DNA of 64,000 nt from positions 61,754,852-61,818,851 of the forward strand of contig NC_133620.1 in NCBI RefSeq assembly GCF_048593235.1, in the 5' to 3' direction. Origin of the DNA: Sminthopsis crassicaudata. Its lineage: Eukaryota. The position numbers and the translations under genes were made by a program. The notes beneath the pieces were generated by a model, which was not told where the DNA came from, did no database searches, and saw only the letters and a list, made by a program, of their open reading frames with translations. Below, one piece after another: positions 12,811 to 26,639 of the stretch; within the stretch, counting starts at the first letter, position 1; the number at the start of each line of letters is the position of its first letter.

Positions 12811-14229
12811 TTAATAAGGATAAATGAAAGATAATTCATATTAAAAAAAAAAAGAAAGAAAGAAAGAAAGAAAAAGATTTAAGGGTTTCAGTGGATTGTA
12901 GAATCAATATAAATCAACAGGTGCTATGGCAGCCTATAAAGCAACAGTGATGAATGACTAGATTCAAAGAGGCACAAGCCCTAAATGTTCACGTTTAAGT
13001 ACTCCCACAAAGACAGGGACAAGCAGGAGAAGAAGCTTCCCCATAGTTAAGAGCTATCCAAGAGTTAATGAGACTATGCTGGAAAACAGTGGGTTCTGCT
13101 TCAGAGAACATTTGAGCCAAGACTAGCTGACTTAGCAGCCATTGGTTGTAGAGAGGAATATTGTTCAGATCAGGAAGGACTGGATGGCTGTTCATTGTTT
13201 CTTCTAATCCTATGCAATACCAGTGTTTCCCTTTAATTTAGCTTATAAATCATTATTTCTAAAAGAACTTTGAATATGTTCTTCCTCGCTGAAATACCTT
13301 TAAGGGGTTCTCACTTGACTGGATGAATTAAGCTCAAACTCCTCAGCCGACCAATTGTTGTTCCTCAATAAAGTTACAACTGCACTTTTTAACCATAACT
13401 TCTTAATCATCCTAAATATATCCTATACTTAGAGCTAAAACAACTCTCTAAAAAATGACCTACAATTTCCTCCAATCATACTTTTGCTCTTGTTATTCCT
13501 TCATTCTGAAATCATAGTATCCCAGAGCTAGAGATGGAACTGACTTCAAAAATCATGTAAATCCAACCCCTAATTTTTGTAAATAAAGAAATGGTCCCAG
13601 AGAAGCCAACTGACCTGCCCAGTATTACAAAACTAGTAAGGAACAGGATTGGGATCTGGACCAGGGAACAAAGCTGTCAAATGGCACAGCTCCTCCTTCC
13701 TGTATTCAGGGGCTGAAACTAGAACAAATGAAGTAATAACCTTTTTGTGAAATACTTCAACCCCCACTCTAAGAGTTAAATGAGAATGTACCCCTCTCCC
13801 CAAACTCCTAGCCAACCTGGAACTCTCCTGCTATACATCAGCTCCTGAAAATCTGGGGAGACCCTGTAGGCTACAGTTAATGCAGGAGGTGCCAAGGGGC
13901 CATGCATTCTAGATGGCGACTATCGAATCTTTATAAAGCCCATTTTTTGCTCTCTTATCAATGTCTCAAAAATAACTTTCTTGATTGCCTTAAATGGATG
14001 ATTTCTGCTTCTCTGTATAGCCTTAAACAACTAAAAGTCTCCTAAGATGACCTCTGGGTCTGTCTGATCTACACTGATGATTCTATGATCCCTGAATTGC
14101 ACTGACCATGTGAACTTAGAATACTTGTTTGACTCAACAGGGTATCGTTTATTATAGTAATTTCTGCTAAATTCCTGAGTTTCAAAGGCAAGCAAGATTT
14201 CCAATAATTCCCAATGAGTATATATTGAC

Positions 14230-14428
14230 NNNNNNNNNNNNNNNNNNNNNNNNNNNNNNNNNNNNNNNNNNNNNNNNNNNNNNNNNNNNNNNNNNNNNNN
14301 NNNNNNNNNNNNNNNNNNNNNNNNNNNNNNNNNNNNNNNNNNNNNNNNNNNNNNNNNNNNNNNNNNNNNNNNNNNNNNNNNNNNNNNNNNNNNNNNNNNN
14401 NNNNNNNNNNNNNNNNNNNNNNNNNNNN
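14230..14428. other. Assembly gap (199 N)
   Basis: Run of N. Confidence 0.99.
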
Positions 14429-14751
14429 TTCAAGATATAACAACCTAGCAAACCTCCTGTTACCTACTGAGTAGACTTTCATTTCCCTTTTATTGTGACT
14501 TGTCATTTCTATGACTACATGAACATTCTAGATAATAGATAACAGCACAATACTGCTTAAAAGACTGCCTTAGGTTTTATTTCCAGCTTTGTAACGGGAA
14601 GAACTTAACATAGCTCACTGCATCCTTGTTTGTTATTAATTGTTAATGTCATCTACCTATCTCATGAAAAATGCAGCAATAATGAACAAAGTACTACTTA
14701 ACTACTACTCTAAGAGAAGATGGGTTATACAAATGAAGGGGGTGTTATTAC

Positions 14752-14966
14752 CTGGTGGATATGGAGCTGGCTCAAAAGGAGGAGCAGCCCCTCGAGGATC
14801 CTGATAAAATACATCTGCTTGCTGTGCTGAGTATAGCTGGGAACCTCGTGGTACCATGGGAAGAGGTTTGGTAACTGGCATAGAAGGCAGGTCTGTCGGT
14901 CCCCTGGGGGGTACAGGGTGGGGAGTCACAGGTAAGGCAGAAATATTCTTAGGTCCAGGTTCCAGT
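14752..14966 (-). CDS. RC3H1: Roquin-1 exon 11 (LEPGPKNIS...APYPP; Pro-rich)
   Basis: ttttag|ACTGGA ... CCAG|gtaata; 215 nt. Confidence 0.95.
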
Positions 14967-15276
14967 CTAAAAGCAAAAGGAAAAATGTCTTAACGAACAT
15001 TTAAGTTGTCTGAAGTTCCCTTCAAATCAACATGCTATGTATAACAAATTAATTTTGCACATTCTAGAAGTAGCTTTTAATAATTTCTATTATCCCTCTA
15101 ATAAAAAATAAAGTGGTTTATTTCTCCTATGCTGCTTTCTTTTTTAATCATTAGCTTACAGAAATGCAGCCACAAGAAAAAATGGGAACTAAAGAAGTTG
15201 AGATCAGAAAATGTCTAATGCTCCTTAATCATGTTTATACAGAGGAAACCCCAATCAATAGTCAGGAAGCTCATAC

Positions 15277-15558
15277 AGGTCAGGAGGGGATCCAGGAGCA
15301 CTGCTGCTCAGGTGGTCAATTTTCCCTGGCTTCAGGCCAGAATCATAGCTGGAGTCCGTCCCTCGGGGGATCAGCTGGGTCACTGCATTCCCTGCTGACA
15401 CAATTCCATTTGGCAAGGCAGTAGGTTTTCTGCTGGGCAGGTCCACTGTCCCTTCTTCTGAAAGGATAGCTGCTGAAGGTAGGCCCACCTCATTGAGCTG
15501 GCCTAAGGAGGCACTCAGGGGTCTTCTGGGAACCAGACGTTTGTTCATTTTACGAAAT
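15277..15558 (-). CDS. RC3H1: Roquin-1 exon 10 ([10 protein letters not shown]...GSPPDL)
   Basis: ctgaag|ATTTCG ... GACCT|gtatga; 282 nt; overlaps ORF 15255..15548. Confidence 0.95.
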
Positions 15559-16930
15559 CTTCAGAAAAACAGAATCACACACCAAAACAATAAAAAAATT
15601 AAAATAAAAAAAAAAATTAAGCCACCAACTAAAAGTAACAGTTTCTCACAAGCATAATAGGGAAAACATCACATTCTTATCATATAAACTTTCTAGCAAT
15701 CAGATTTTTTAAAGTAATTACCTGATCAGATTCCCCTTTTTGAAATTACAGTAAAGCATTGTAACAGAAAATCTACAATTATCTACAAGAATGTGCATGT
15801 AGGAAAATAAACAAAAAAAAATTGTATATACCTCATTCTGCCTTGCATATTTATTTATTCAACAAATTAAACATTTGTTGATTGAATGAAACATTCATTA
15901 GGAACATTTTGATTAAAGTCAAAAGCATTTTGAATATGTGTATATTCACTGTATTCTACTACTCTTTTATCATAAGTAGTCCACTGAATCACTCAAATCA
16001 ATGCTTAATGACAAAGCATTTTTTGAACCTCCTATAGAGTTCGTTAGAGGAACAGAAGAAAAAAAAGAAAACCTAGATTCTGAAATCTTTTGCTCTATTA
16101 TATTCAATGATTGCAAAAAAGCCACTTTTATTAAATTCTCAGAGGAAAACTATCATAAAGACACATAAAATACTACCAACCAATTTAATGGACAAGTTCA
16201 ACCACTTGGAAGTGGCAAAATTTAACTGTTATTGTAATAGGAATTATGATACCTATGTACTTAAAGAAGGAATTACAACTGAGTAATTTACGGAGACATA
16301 TGAAATGAGAAATAAGCAAAGGGGGAAAAGAAGGAAATTTCTTTTTCTTACAGCTAGCCAGAAAAGCCAAAGTAGACATGAGATAATAAAGTCTAAACTT
16401 TATTGTAGTTAAAAATTTAACTCCCATACTACAGAATCCTTTTTCAACTATAAAGGGAAGTTTGTTCTAAAATAGTGATTCTTTTGGTACACATTTAAAT
16501 TTAGAAATCATAAATAACATGTAATTATCCTAAATGGTTTCTATTTGTGAATAGCTGAAAGAAGAAAGTCTATTCTTTCATTTAGCTTACTATAAGGGAG
16601 TAAAGTCCTCACTTTTCAGATGTAACACAACAGTCTTGCAAAATATTGTCACTCCTTCAAGAGATATATAAATATAAAAATGCTGCTTTCTCAGCTCTCC
16701 CTAACAACATCCTCCACCAATTTGGTTGCTATTTTGCTGCTCTTCATTTTTGGCCAAATTCTTTTAAGTTATTATATCAACATTTAAAAATTGCCTTGGT
16801 ATAGTTTATTATAGTAACTTCTGTTAACTTACTGAGTTTCAAAGGCAAGCAAGGTTTTCAATGAAACTCTACATTGTGTTAACAGGCATAGACTAAGATC
16901 TAAAGTAATTCCCACAAGATGGACACCTAC

Positions 16931-17043
16931 TTTTCCAATTCATCCTGTGAGTGTGCAAATGTGCAGCTGGCCCCGCGGGGGCACCCTCCTCTCTGTTTCA
17001 TGTCTCGGCACATGTAAGTTTTATACTTGCTGTGCTGAGGAGG
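16931..17043 (-). CDS. RC3H1: Roquin-1 exon 9 ([37 protein letters not shown]; CCCH zinc finger)
   Basis: ttcttag|CCTCCT ... GAAAA|gtaggt; 113 nt; CCCH ligands intact. Confidence 0.96.
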
Positions 17044-17877
17044 CTAAGAAGCAAAAATAAATAAGTCAATCAGTGAAATATTTAAATAGATGATTTTACA
17101 ATTACTGTACATAATTTAAAGGGTTTTAAGAAGCATTTGTCTTGAAGTTTCAGAATAAAGAACATAGTAATGTAATACTTTCCACATACTTTAGTATCAA
17201 AACACAATACATTTTCAATGCATGACCTCAATCTTAGTAATCCACTATTTTCCTCTGAGGTTTTTTTTTTTTAATGGCAGTGAAACCATTATAGTTTAGG
17301 ATTATAATCATGTCTTTTAAATTAGTTTATAAAATTAATGCCATCCAGAACAATGTAGAATCTTAAAAAAAATACTTATTTAATGATTATGATGACCTTC
17401 CCTTAACCATATCATGCTTTATTTAATAGACACTTTAAAGCCTTGGACATCAATTAAAACAATGAAATTTTTATCAAATGGCACACTTCATCAAATCACC
17501 AATCTGCAAAACGCCAGAGAAGTTTATTACCATGTTTTGAGATTCTACTCCGTAAGTGAAGAAAACTTTAAGATTCTCTTTCCTTCTTAAGGAGAATGAA
17601 ATAAAGCTCAAATTTTAGGTGTCAAACTCCTTATCTTTATTCTATATGACAGACCTTTACTACAAGGTTAAATCTTTACTTCAATTTTTCTAGATGGCCA
17701 CACAAACCCAGTTTACAAGGATAATTATGAAAAAATTGAAATTTAATTTTTTGCCAGCATCTCCTTGATACTCTTTCAAAAGTATTGCTGATTCAATTTT
17801 GCAAAGTATTACCCAACTTTTCTTTTTTATGTCTGAGCCTTTAGTGGCTTTACTTTATATTAATACTTCTATATTAC

Positions 17878-17996
17878 CTGCTGCTGGTCTGTTCCTTTCT
17901 TGCTGTGATTCTGAATATAATCAACCAGTCCATGCACCACTGTGCGCACAGCAACCAACCCATTTTCTAGCTGTTCCCAGGTTGGAGGAGGGGCAT
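17878..17996 (-). CDS. RC3H1: Roquin-1 exon 8 (DAPPPTWEQ...KGTDQQQ)
   Basis: ccatag|ATGCCC ... CAG|gtaata; 119 nt; translated by hand. Confidence 0.95.
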
Positions 17997-19354
17997 CTAT
18001 GGAAAACACAAGGAGGAAAAGCAAGAGTATTTTACAAGGCTGTAAAAAATATCAATAAATTCAATTATGAAAAAGAGCAAAACAATTTTTACCTATGCAA
18101 AAGATGATACTTGGGCATCCAAGAAAAATAAGGTCTTTCCCTACAGTACGTCCTTTTAACTTTCCATTCAAAGTAGGAATTAACAAAGAAATAGGGGTTA
18201 GCATGAGCTTTTTTTCCCCTTCTATTTTCAGTAAAACCATTAGCTTTAAAAAAAAAAAAAAAAAATGCAGAGATAAAACAAGTAGCCTGGTACCTCCTTG
18301 CTATTGTTAAAATATTTCTCAGATTACTGATTTTAAACATTATAAGAGATGGTTTAAAAAAAAAAAAAAAAAAAAAAACATTAAAACACCTCCCCTCCAA
18401 AAATCCACCTAAAGAGATGCCATTTAAAGGAACTTTAAAGTAAACTGTGTATACTTATAAAATGAAAATAAACTATTCATTTCTTTGATGAACCTGGATA
18501 GCTATATATAGAAAAGACTTTGTAATTTACCAGGAAAATAAATATAGTTAATGATAATTTTTTTTAAATTCCATGTAAATAAGGTAAAAATTGCATTTTA
18601 TAGAATTGTAGACTATAAAATTCCAGAGTTCACACCTGATAACGTTTCCATTTTCAAGGCAGATCAACTGAACTTATGACCTTTTAGTTGCTGCAAAACT
18701 CTTAAGTTGCCCCTTAAATATACACCAAGTGCTTCTTATTGTGCTTATGAGGAGGACAAGTCCAAACCCTCCTTCCAAAAATCAGTCCTTCACACATGAA
18801 AAGAGCTCTTAAGTCTTCTCTTTTCTACTCAACCTCAATTCCTTTAAATGATTCTCATTTGGATGGGGAATGGAACAAACATTTAAATGCCTGCTATGTG
18901 CCAGTCTCTGTACTAATAAAACCCTTTACAAATTTTTATCTTATTTGATCCTCCTAACAACTTTTGAGAGGTAGGTGCTATTGTGATCCCCATTTTAGTT
19001 AAGGAAATTAAATCAGACATAAATAAGGCGAGTCACTTGTCAGAATGATGCAACTTGTAAGTGTCCAAATTTGGAATCTTTCTGATTCTAGGCCCAGCAC
19101 TCTACTGCACCCATCCAGCTGCTTCCAGATACGGTGTGTATCTCTACAGAAATACTAGACCACACATTGGTCTAGTTTAGTTAGATCAGAATAAGCAGCT
19201 TAGAAAGGTCAGTGATATATGCAAAATTCTGAAAATAAAATGCAGGCTTAGATGAAGGAGCCATTAATACAACATGGAGAGAGTAAATAAAATTTTAAAA
19301 AAGCAAATGTCAGCACAAGTTCCTGATATTTTTCAGAATAAAGATCCACTTTTG

Positions 19355-19368
19355 GAAAAAAAAAAAAA

Positions 19369-19409
<41 letters not shown>
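19355..19409 (+). repeat. Poly-A followed by (GA)n
   Basis: Read directly from the sequence. Confidence 0.92.
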
Positions 19410-19412
<3 letters not shown>

Positions 19413-21821
19413 TCTTCCACCAAGATAATAGACATATCAAATACTCAAAATTCACTTGTAGTTTATTAATCATAGCAGCATAGTCAACATTCTACAAAAA
19501 CATCACACATAATGAGGCTTCAAACAATAAGTTTATTTATTAGAAAGAATATCAATTAATATGTGATTGGTGCTATTGTGGCAAAGTGGGTTCATGGACC
19601 CAGGATAATGAAAATCTCCACAAACTTTTGGCAAATAAGGTGGCAACTATTTCCCTTAAAGAACGAATCTCCTTTTTGATGATCATTTTCCAAGATCTTC
19701 AAAGGCTTTTCATTTCTAATTACTTCAAGTTTGGAAAAGAGCTCATTTTTCTCTTTAAACTAATTCCACTTAGCTAAAGTAACAATAAAGGTCTGTGGAA
19801 TAATGGATAGAGCACTGCATTTATTAAACACTTCTTTAAGGTATTAGGCCCTGGGCTGAGAACTGCAAAGACAACAGGCAGTCTGTCTAAGATTCAGAAT
19901 CTCAAAGGGCTGACCTATTATAGTATAGAGAATTCCCAATAAGATTACACATCTACCCTCTATTCCTAAAACAAAGGCAGCTTATCTTGTTCTTTAACCA
20001 AGTGTACTGCTACTATAACACAGTTCAATGTTAACAAAAAGACGCTATTTTAAAATTTTAAAACCTGTAAAATTATTAAAAAATGTCAAAAATTTAATAC
20101 TGATTACCATATCCTAAACATTTTTGTACTATGTTTTTATGAGCCATATATGAATCAATAAACATTTATTATCTTCTGTGTGCCAGGCACAAGAATTTTA
20201 AAGATAAAAAGTTCTTTCCCCCAGCAACATATTTAAAATAAATCCAAGATGAATAAAGGACTTTAGGAATTAGATAATATTTGAGCTAAATCTAGAATGA
20301 CACCAGAGATTTCAAGAGAAGGAGATAAAAGAAAGGATGTGTTCAGGAAGAGGTAGGAGATATGGTTCTATTACATGAGGGAAGTCACATGTAACAAGAC
20401 TAGAAAAGAAGATTGGATCTTATGGAAATGTCTTACTTCTGAGGGCAGTTAACTCAAATGAAAAATATATGATATGATCTTAAGAGATATTAAGGACTAT
20501 TAAGGATGTATTCAGTACACAAATAACATGATCTGATAAATATAAGCGATGTTGTGATGGTACTAGTATCCTTTGGTGCAAAGAAAAATGAGAAATCAAA
20601 GATAATTGCCAAAATTGTAAATCCATGTAATTTGAAGTGTAAGAGAAGTGGTTTTGGGGACAAAGATAAGAAGCTTAAACATGCTGAGTTTGAAATAACA
20701 CTGGAATATCTAGTTTGTAATATCTACAAGGCAATAAAAAATGCAAGCATGGAGAACTCAGGAAAAAGAGACTAGATAGATAGATAGATCTGAAAGTCAT
20801 CCACACAAAGATGTTAACTAAACCATGAGAGAGAATGATGTCACCAAAATAGAATGGAGAAAAAACAAAAACAAAAACAGAAATGGCTAAAGATAGGACC
20901 TTGATGGTACATCCATAGTTGGGGGAATACAGAGGAATTGTTTACAAATGAGTTTAACTAGCTGGCATCTGCAGTCCCTTCCAATTGTGAAGGTCCCCCT
21001 GCCCAAGGTGGAGCCACAAAGGCAATAACTGGAGGGCTGGAATAGAAGGAGCCTCAGTGGTGGACTGGCTCTGAGGAGTCATAAAACCTTCCTCAACTCA
21101 AGGTGCCCTCGGGCATGACTTGTGTGTTCAGCCTAACAGGGATCTCTCAACTGCTTCCTGTTGGCCAGTTTCTCTGAGTTGTCATATGGTCGCTTCACTT
21201 AATAAGTATTACCTACATGGCTGAAACTTGCATATTAGCAGTGTGACTGCATCTCTCCCTCATGAACTTTTTAAGCGCATGCATGGAATTGAAAGAACCT
21301 AAGAAATGACAAGTGGCTTGCCCGACTCCAAGGCCCCAAAAGAGAAGGCGGCTCAGAGCTGAGTGATGGGCACAAAATGGGGCCAGGGCCACTGGTCCAG
21401 CACAGAGCTCATGCTAGGAAGAAGGACACAAGAAGACTGGAACATGAGAATGGAGCCAAGTGATAATGGGTTGGAATGCCAAATGAGGGCAAACCTGATA
21501 GAGCTGAGGGAGCGTGTACCTAAGTGGAGCCTCCAAGGTGGGGAAGAGACCGGAGGCACCTGTGGCAATGTCCCAATGTGAGGCAATGAGGGCCTGTGCT
21601 CAAAGGAGGAGGTGACATACTGGAAAAGCACGGCCAGGGCCTCAGCGACCACCAAGACATGGGGATGAGAGTAGGAGAAGCCGAGGAGGTCACCCTGGGG
21701 TAGACCTGGTGGATTGAAGGACAGGGTCGCCCTCTCTAGCGATAGGAAATGGAGGAGGTAGTGAGAGTTGGGAGCTTATGAGACACCCAGAGAAGCACTA
21801 CAATACATAAAGGTTAGCTAC

Positions 21822-21954
21822 CTGGACTCGGGTCAATATTTGCTAATAGCTCCAGATGGGGTCGCAGACGATTCAGATTTGCAGGGTCACCAGTCCTCTG
21901 AAGAGCAATTGTTAATTCCTGAACACTCTGTGCAAATGAGGCTGGGGTCTGCAA
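21822..21954 (-). CDS. RC3H1: Roquin-1 exon 7 (LQTPASFAQ...NIDPSP; HEPN-C)
   Basis: tttaag|TTGCAG ... CCAG|gtagct; 133 nt. Not in the ORF track; translated by hand. Confidence 0.95.
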
Positions 21955-22586
21955 CTTAAAAAAAGATAAATATTAACTTTCCCAGAGGTTAGACAACCTT
22001 TTTCATTTCCAAAGGAAAAAAAATTTTTTAAATCACTCATTTTTGTGGCTTACTGCATCTCATTTTTTACCTGGGGGAAAGATTCACTTTGTCACAATTT
22101 CGATCCATCAAATTCCTTCTAATCACAAAAGTTAATCTGAATATATAGACCACCATTCTCTAAATAATCAAAAGCCTCAAATAGGTAGAAAAAATAATTA
22201 TCAATAACTACCTGAAAATTTATTTAAAGAAATCTTCATTAAAAATAACTTCTGAGACATATTACAATACCTAATTCACCACTGGTGGAGCTGTGAAGAA
22301 ATAGGCACATTATACTACTAGTGGAATTGTGAAATGATAGCAATCTTTCTGGAAAAGCAATTCAGCATTATGTTGTAAGAAAGATAGAAATTTATGAATC
22401 ATCTATTATATGGGTACTCTGCTAGGAAATGGGGATAAAAAAGCAAAAAAATGAAACAGATTTTGCCTTCAGCAAGCTTCTATGTACACATAGAAAATAT
22501 CTACAATATGAAATGCAAACTAATTTAGGAAAAACTAATAGCTTTTGTGAGGGCAGTGTTTGAATTATCCTTTAAAAGACATCAAA

Positions 22587-22703
22587 GGGGTCAGCTAGAT
22601 GGCACAGTGGAGAAAGCTGGCCCTGAGAAGGACCTGAGTTTAAATCTGGCCTCATATACTTAACACATAATAGCTGTGATTCTAGCCAAGTCACTTAACC
22701 CCA
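22587..22703 (+). mobile_element. Diverged WSINE1/CORE-SINE
   Basis: GGGGTCAGCTAGATGGCACAGTGG...CACTTAACCCC. Confidence 0.7.
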
Positions 22704-23047
22704 AACCCAAAACAATAAAAGACACCAGAAATTTTAAGAAGTAGAACAGAGGAAGGAAGGCCTTATAAGCATGGGGGCAGCACACACATAGGTGCAGAGA
22801 AAAGCAAGGCCACTTTTAGCCAAACTGTATAGTGAATTAATATCTAATATGGTCTGAAAAGAATTAAATGGATATACTTTAAATGTTATCCAAAAGTTAA
22901 CAGAAACCACTTGAATTTTTTGAGCAGTCATGTGAAATGTATGGTTTAGAAGTTTTGATCCAACAGATACTCTAAAGAATTTTTTTTTAAAGTAAAAAAC
23001 AAAACAAAACAAAAAAAAACCTCTTTAAAAATATCAATAGCAACATT

Positions 23048-23190
23048 CCCCCCCCCCCCGGGGGCTGAGGTTAAGTGACTTGCCCAGGGTCACACAGCTA
23101 GGAAGTGTTAAGTGTCTGAGACCAGACCTGAACTCTGGTCCTCCTGAATTCAAGGCTGGTGCTTCATCCACTGCGCCACCTAGTTGCCCC
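23048..23190 (-). mobile_element. WSINE1-like SINE with poly-G tail and 12-bp TSD
   Basis: TSD AATAGCAACATT at 23036-23047 and 23192-23203; the tail is C12 on the + strand. Confidence 0.88.
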
Positions 23191-24532
23191 AAATAGCAAC
23201 ATTATTAATTAGTAGAAAATCATTGGAAGACTGTCACAAAGAGAAATTGTGACATGAATGCATAGAAATATTGTTGCACTTCAAGAAGTGACAAATGTGA
23301 AAAAAATTTTTTAAATTAAAAACATTTTTTTAAAGTGACATGAAAACATAATAAGACATGGAGTAGTTCAGAATCAAAGAAAACAATTTACACACAGAAA
23401 AAACTGATAGAAAAATGACAGAAATGATATAGGAAAAAAATGATAATTCAGAAAAAATACACTTAAGAAAAATCAGTTCTAAGAGGGCACACATGAGCAT
23501 GATCTTAATAAAGTTAATATACAGTAACTTTTTTCAAAACTGTAATACAAGTTTATAATTGTGCACATTTTAGAATCTCTATTTGAATATTTTTGCTCTT
23601 AGTCATGCAATCATCTCTATCCATACAAGCAAGAGACTAAAGAGACATCTATACTAATTTATACTAATATATATATATAAATTTCATTTATACTAAGGTG
23701 GTAACATACATACTATTATTACTGCAGAAAAGATTTATCTTGACAAAGTGAGAGGATTTATTTCTCTAGCAGCATTAAGCAGTGACAATTCATAATCTTT
23801 CTAATCATAAAAAGATTATCAATGAAGAAAGTGATAACAAATTATAACCCTCAAAGCCTCAGAGCATATGTAAGAATAACCACTTTACTCACTAATCCAA
23901 AACATGACCTTTTCTTTCTGCAATTAATGTGGAAAAAGTCTCTCTGCCTAAAATTGAAGAGATAATATATAAGTCAGAGACAAATCCACATCTGATAGTT
24001 GTCTATTTAGATTTAAAAGTTAATTATAAACCAAGACAAAAAAAAAGCCTCCTTCCCAGATTTCACAAGTTCCACAGATTCCTTAAGAGTTTACTTGAGG
24101 AACTCGAGGAACTCCAGAACTGGGACATATGTGTCAGAGTTGTTAGGGGGATCCTGGGAGAATATTTTGATAAAAGTAGCCATGTCCATATAATAATTAG
24201 AAGCTCCTTCAAATTAGGTTTTAACCAAATGTCTAGGATTAGTAATTGTACTTATGGCTATAGTCTATTGTATTTAATATATCTGGAGAACTGAATAATG
24301 AAACTCAAAAAAGAGAAGAGAGATTAAAACAATGTGAACTTAAGAATAGACAATGACCCTAAGGAACAAATACTGACATTGATCAATTTGTCTATTCATA
24401 AAAAGTAAATGTCTACCTTAGAGAACCATTAGAAAATGAAACTTATATGTACAAATTATGAGCTGTTTGCTTTCCAAGTAATGAAAGTTTAAAGATAAGT
24501 CAGATATAATAAGGAACAAAAAGAGACTTTAC

Positions 24533-24733
24533 CTTGTCAATAATAGACTGCATGTGAGATTTATGTGACTGATCTCCATAAAGAAGAGAAGACCATTGGT
24601 CTGGGGCAATGCGCAAGCCTGCCTCCATGGCAATCTGAACTATCTGGGAGTCATGTTCCCGACGAAGAGCTTCATATGTCCTAAACTCCTCCTTCAATTG
24701 CATTAAGGAGGAATCTTCATCACGTTTTGTCAC
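24533..24733 (-). CDS. RC3H1: Roquin-1 exon 6 (VTKRDEDSS...SIIDK; ROQ domain)
   Basis: cctcag|GTGACA ... AAG|gtaaag; 201 nt. Confidence 0.97.
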
Positions 24734-25579
24734 CTGAGGAATACAACAATACACACACACCAGACAATAATATAGGCCACATTATGATTATAATGCAAAT
24801 GTACAAACATAACCAAAATTCTGCTTTCTGACCCCCATACTATAAAATAAATTCATCCTTCTGCCCTCAAGAAAGTTGTGTCTTCAAATTGTATGGTTTC
24901 CTAAAAGACTGCAATAGGAAGAATGAATAAATATAGCCAAAGGAATTTATCAATGCCAAGAAAACACTATTTCACAAGAAAGATTAGTGATAGGAAACCT
25001 GTTATTTTGTATGTTACAATACTATTAAATGAAAAAGCAAGCATTTTTGATATTTGCAAAGTGCTAAATCATTTTAATCTTGTTTTAAAAGAAAATTCAT
25101 CTTGACATTTTTATTTAACAAATTCTTAATAACCTGATTAGTCCATTTCAAATCTTAAAACTCTTAACATTCTCTTTAACAACTTAACTAGGCTTGTCAA
25201 AGCTCTAACAACTCAGAAGACCAATCCCAAATTCTAGTACCACCTATATTTAATAAACCTTTATTTTACAATTTCATATTCAAAGAACAGTTTTAAACAG
25301 TTACTTCTCAGAACTGATGATATAAAATAATTGTTTCTTTTCTATCAGGATAAATCTTATTTTAATAAGTATCATCAAGATAGAAATTTTTATATAGCAA
25401 AACTTTCTAAGTTCCAGTTTGCTCAACTTTGAGCAACACTTAATATACTGTTCTTTTAATCTAGTGAAGACTTTCAAAGAACACTCAGGCAGTTTTGATT
25501 CATTTAACATTTCTATGTGAAGGAAGAGAATGAATCTATTTCTTTAAATCCTGGTACCCAATTTATGCCAGCTTTGTAC

Positions 25580-25755
25580 CTTGAAACAGGAGGCTCTGTA
25601 CAATAGCTGAACAACATGTCCAATGCTGGTTTTTGAGGCCTGAGGAAATCGTGGCTCCAATCTTTGCACCACAAATAGAACCAAGACTTTTCGAGACAAA
25701 GCAGATCCATCTTCTAAGGCCAACAGGACCAGTTTCAGGGCTTCTTCCTGCATTG
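25580..25755 (-). CDS. RC3H1: Roquin-1 exon 5 (AMQEEALK...ASCFK; ROQ domain with M199, K220, K239, T240)
   Basis: tccag|CAATGC ... AAG|gtacaa; 176 nt. Cumulative count places Met at residue 199 (codon 25751-25753), the sanroque position. Confidence 0.97.
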
Positions 25756-26605
25756 CTGGAAAAGTCAGGTAAAAACCAAATTTATTCTGAGTTGTCATAG
25801 GAAAATTCTTGTAGGTTCTCAGGTTTGACACTGAATATAGTATCACATTCCCTCCCAGTCTGGACAAAGTACTTCATAAGATAAGATCTTAAGATCAGAA
25901 AAGGGCATTAGACATTAACTAACAAAATTCCTTACCAGAAAAATTCAATTCCTCTGTCTATGCATAACTTGCCTGACTCTTTGTGGCCTGTGGCCCATCC
26001 ATCCTCCACTATCTCACCAAGTCCATCCCAAATTCACGTTCATTGCTTCCATAACACTTACACTCTGCTGTACTTTTTACTTTCAATCTTTCCCAGAATT
26101 AGTTTTTCCAAATGAGTCTTGTCATAATGTGGTCAAAGTATTTAGACTTCAGCTTCAATTGTTCCTTTCAATAAATATAGTTAATTTCTTTAAGTATTGA
26201 TGGATTTTATCTCATTACTCAATTCTCCTCCAGGAGGACAACTCAAAAGCCGTACGCTACTACAAAAACCGCCACTTTGACTCTATGGGCCTTTGTGGGC
26301 TTTCTTTTCAACAAATTTCAATTTCACAGCTACAGTGATCGTTGAGCCCACAACTATCCAAACTAACACAACTTCCATTTCTTCTCCTAACTGCTAGGAG
26401 TAAGCAAAAGAAGATGCCATGACCTTAGGGTTTTGGATTTTTTTTTTTCATGTTAGGCTTCAAGTCAGCCTTTTCACTCCCTGCTTTCATCCCCAAGAGG
26501 CTTTTTAATTTTTTATTTTCGACCATCAGACTAGTATAATCTGCACATCTGAGACTGCTGATATTTCTCCTAGCATCCTTAACTACAGCTTTTAAATGAC
26601 CCTCC

Positions 26606-26639
<34 letters not shown>

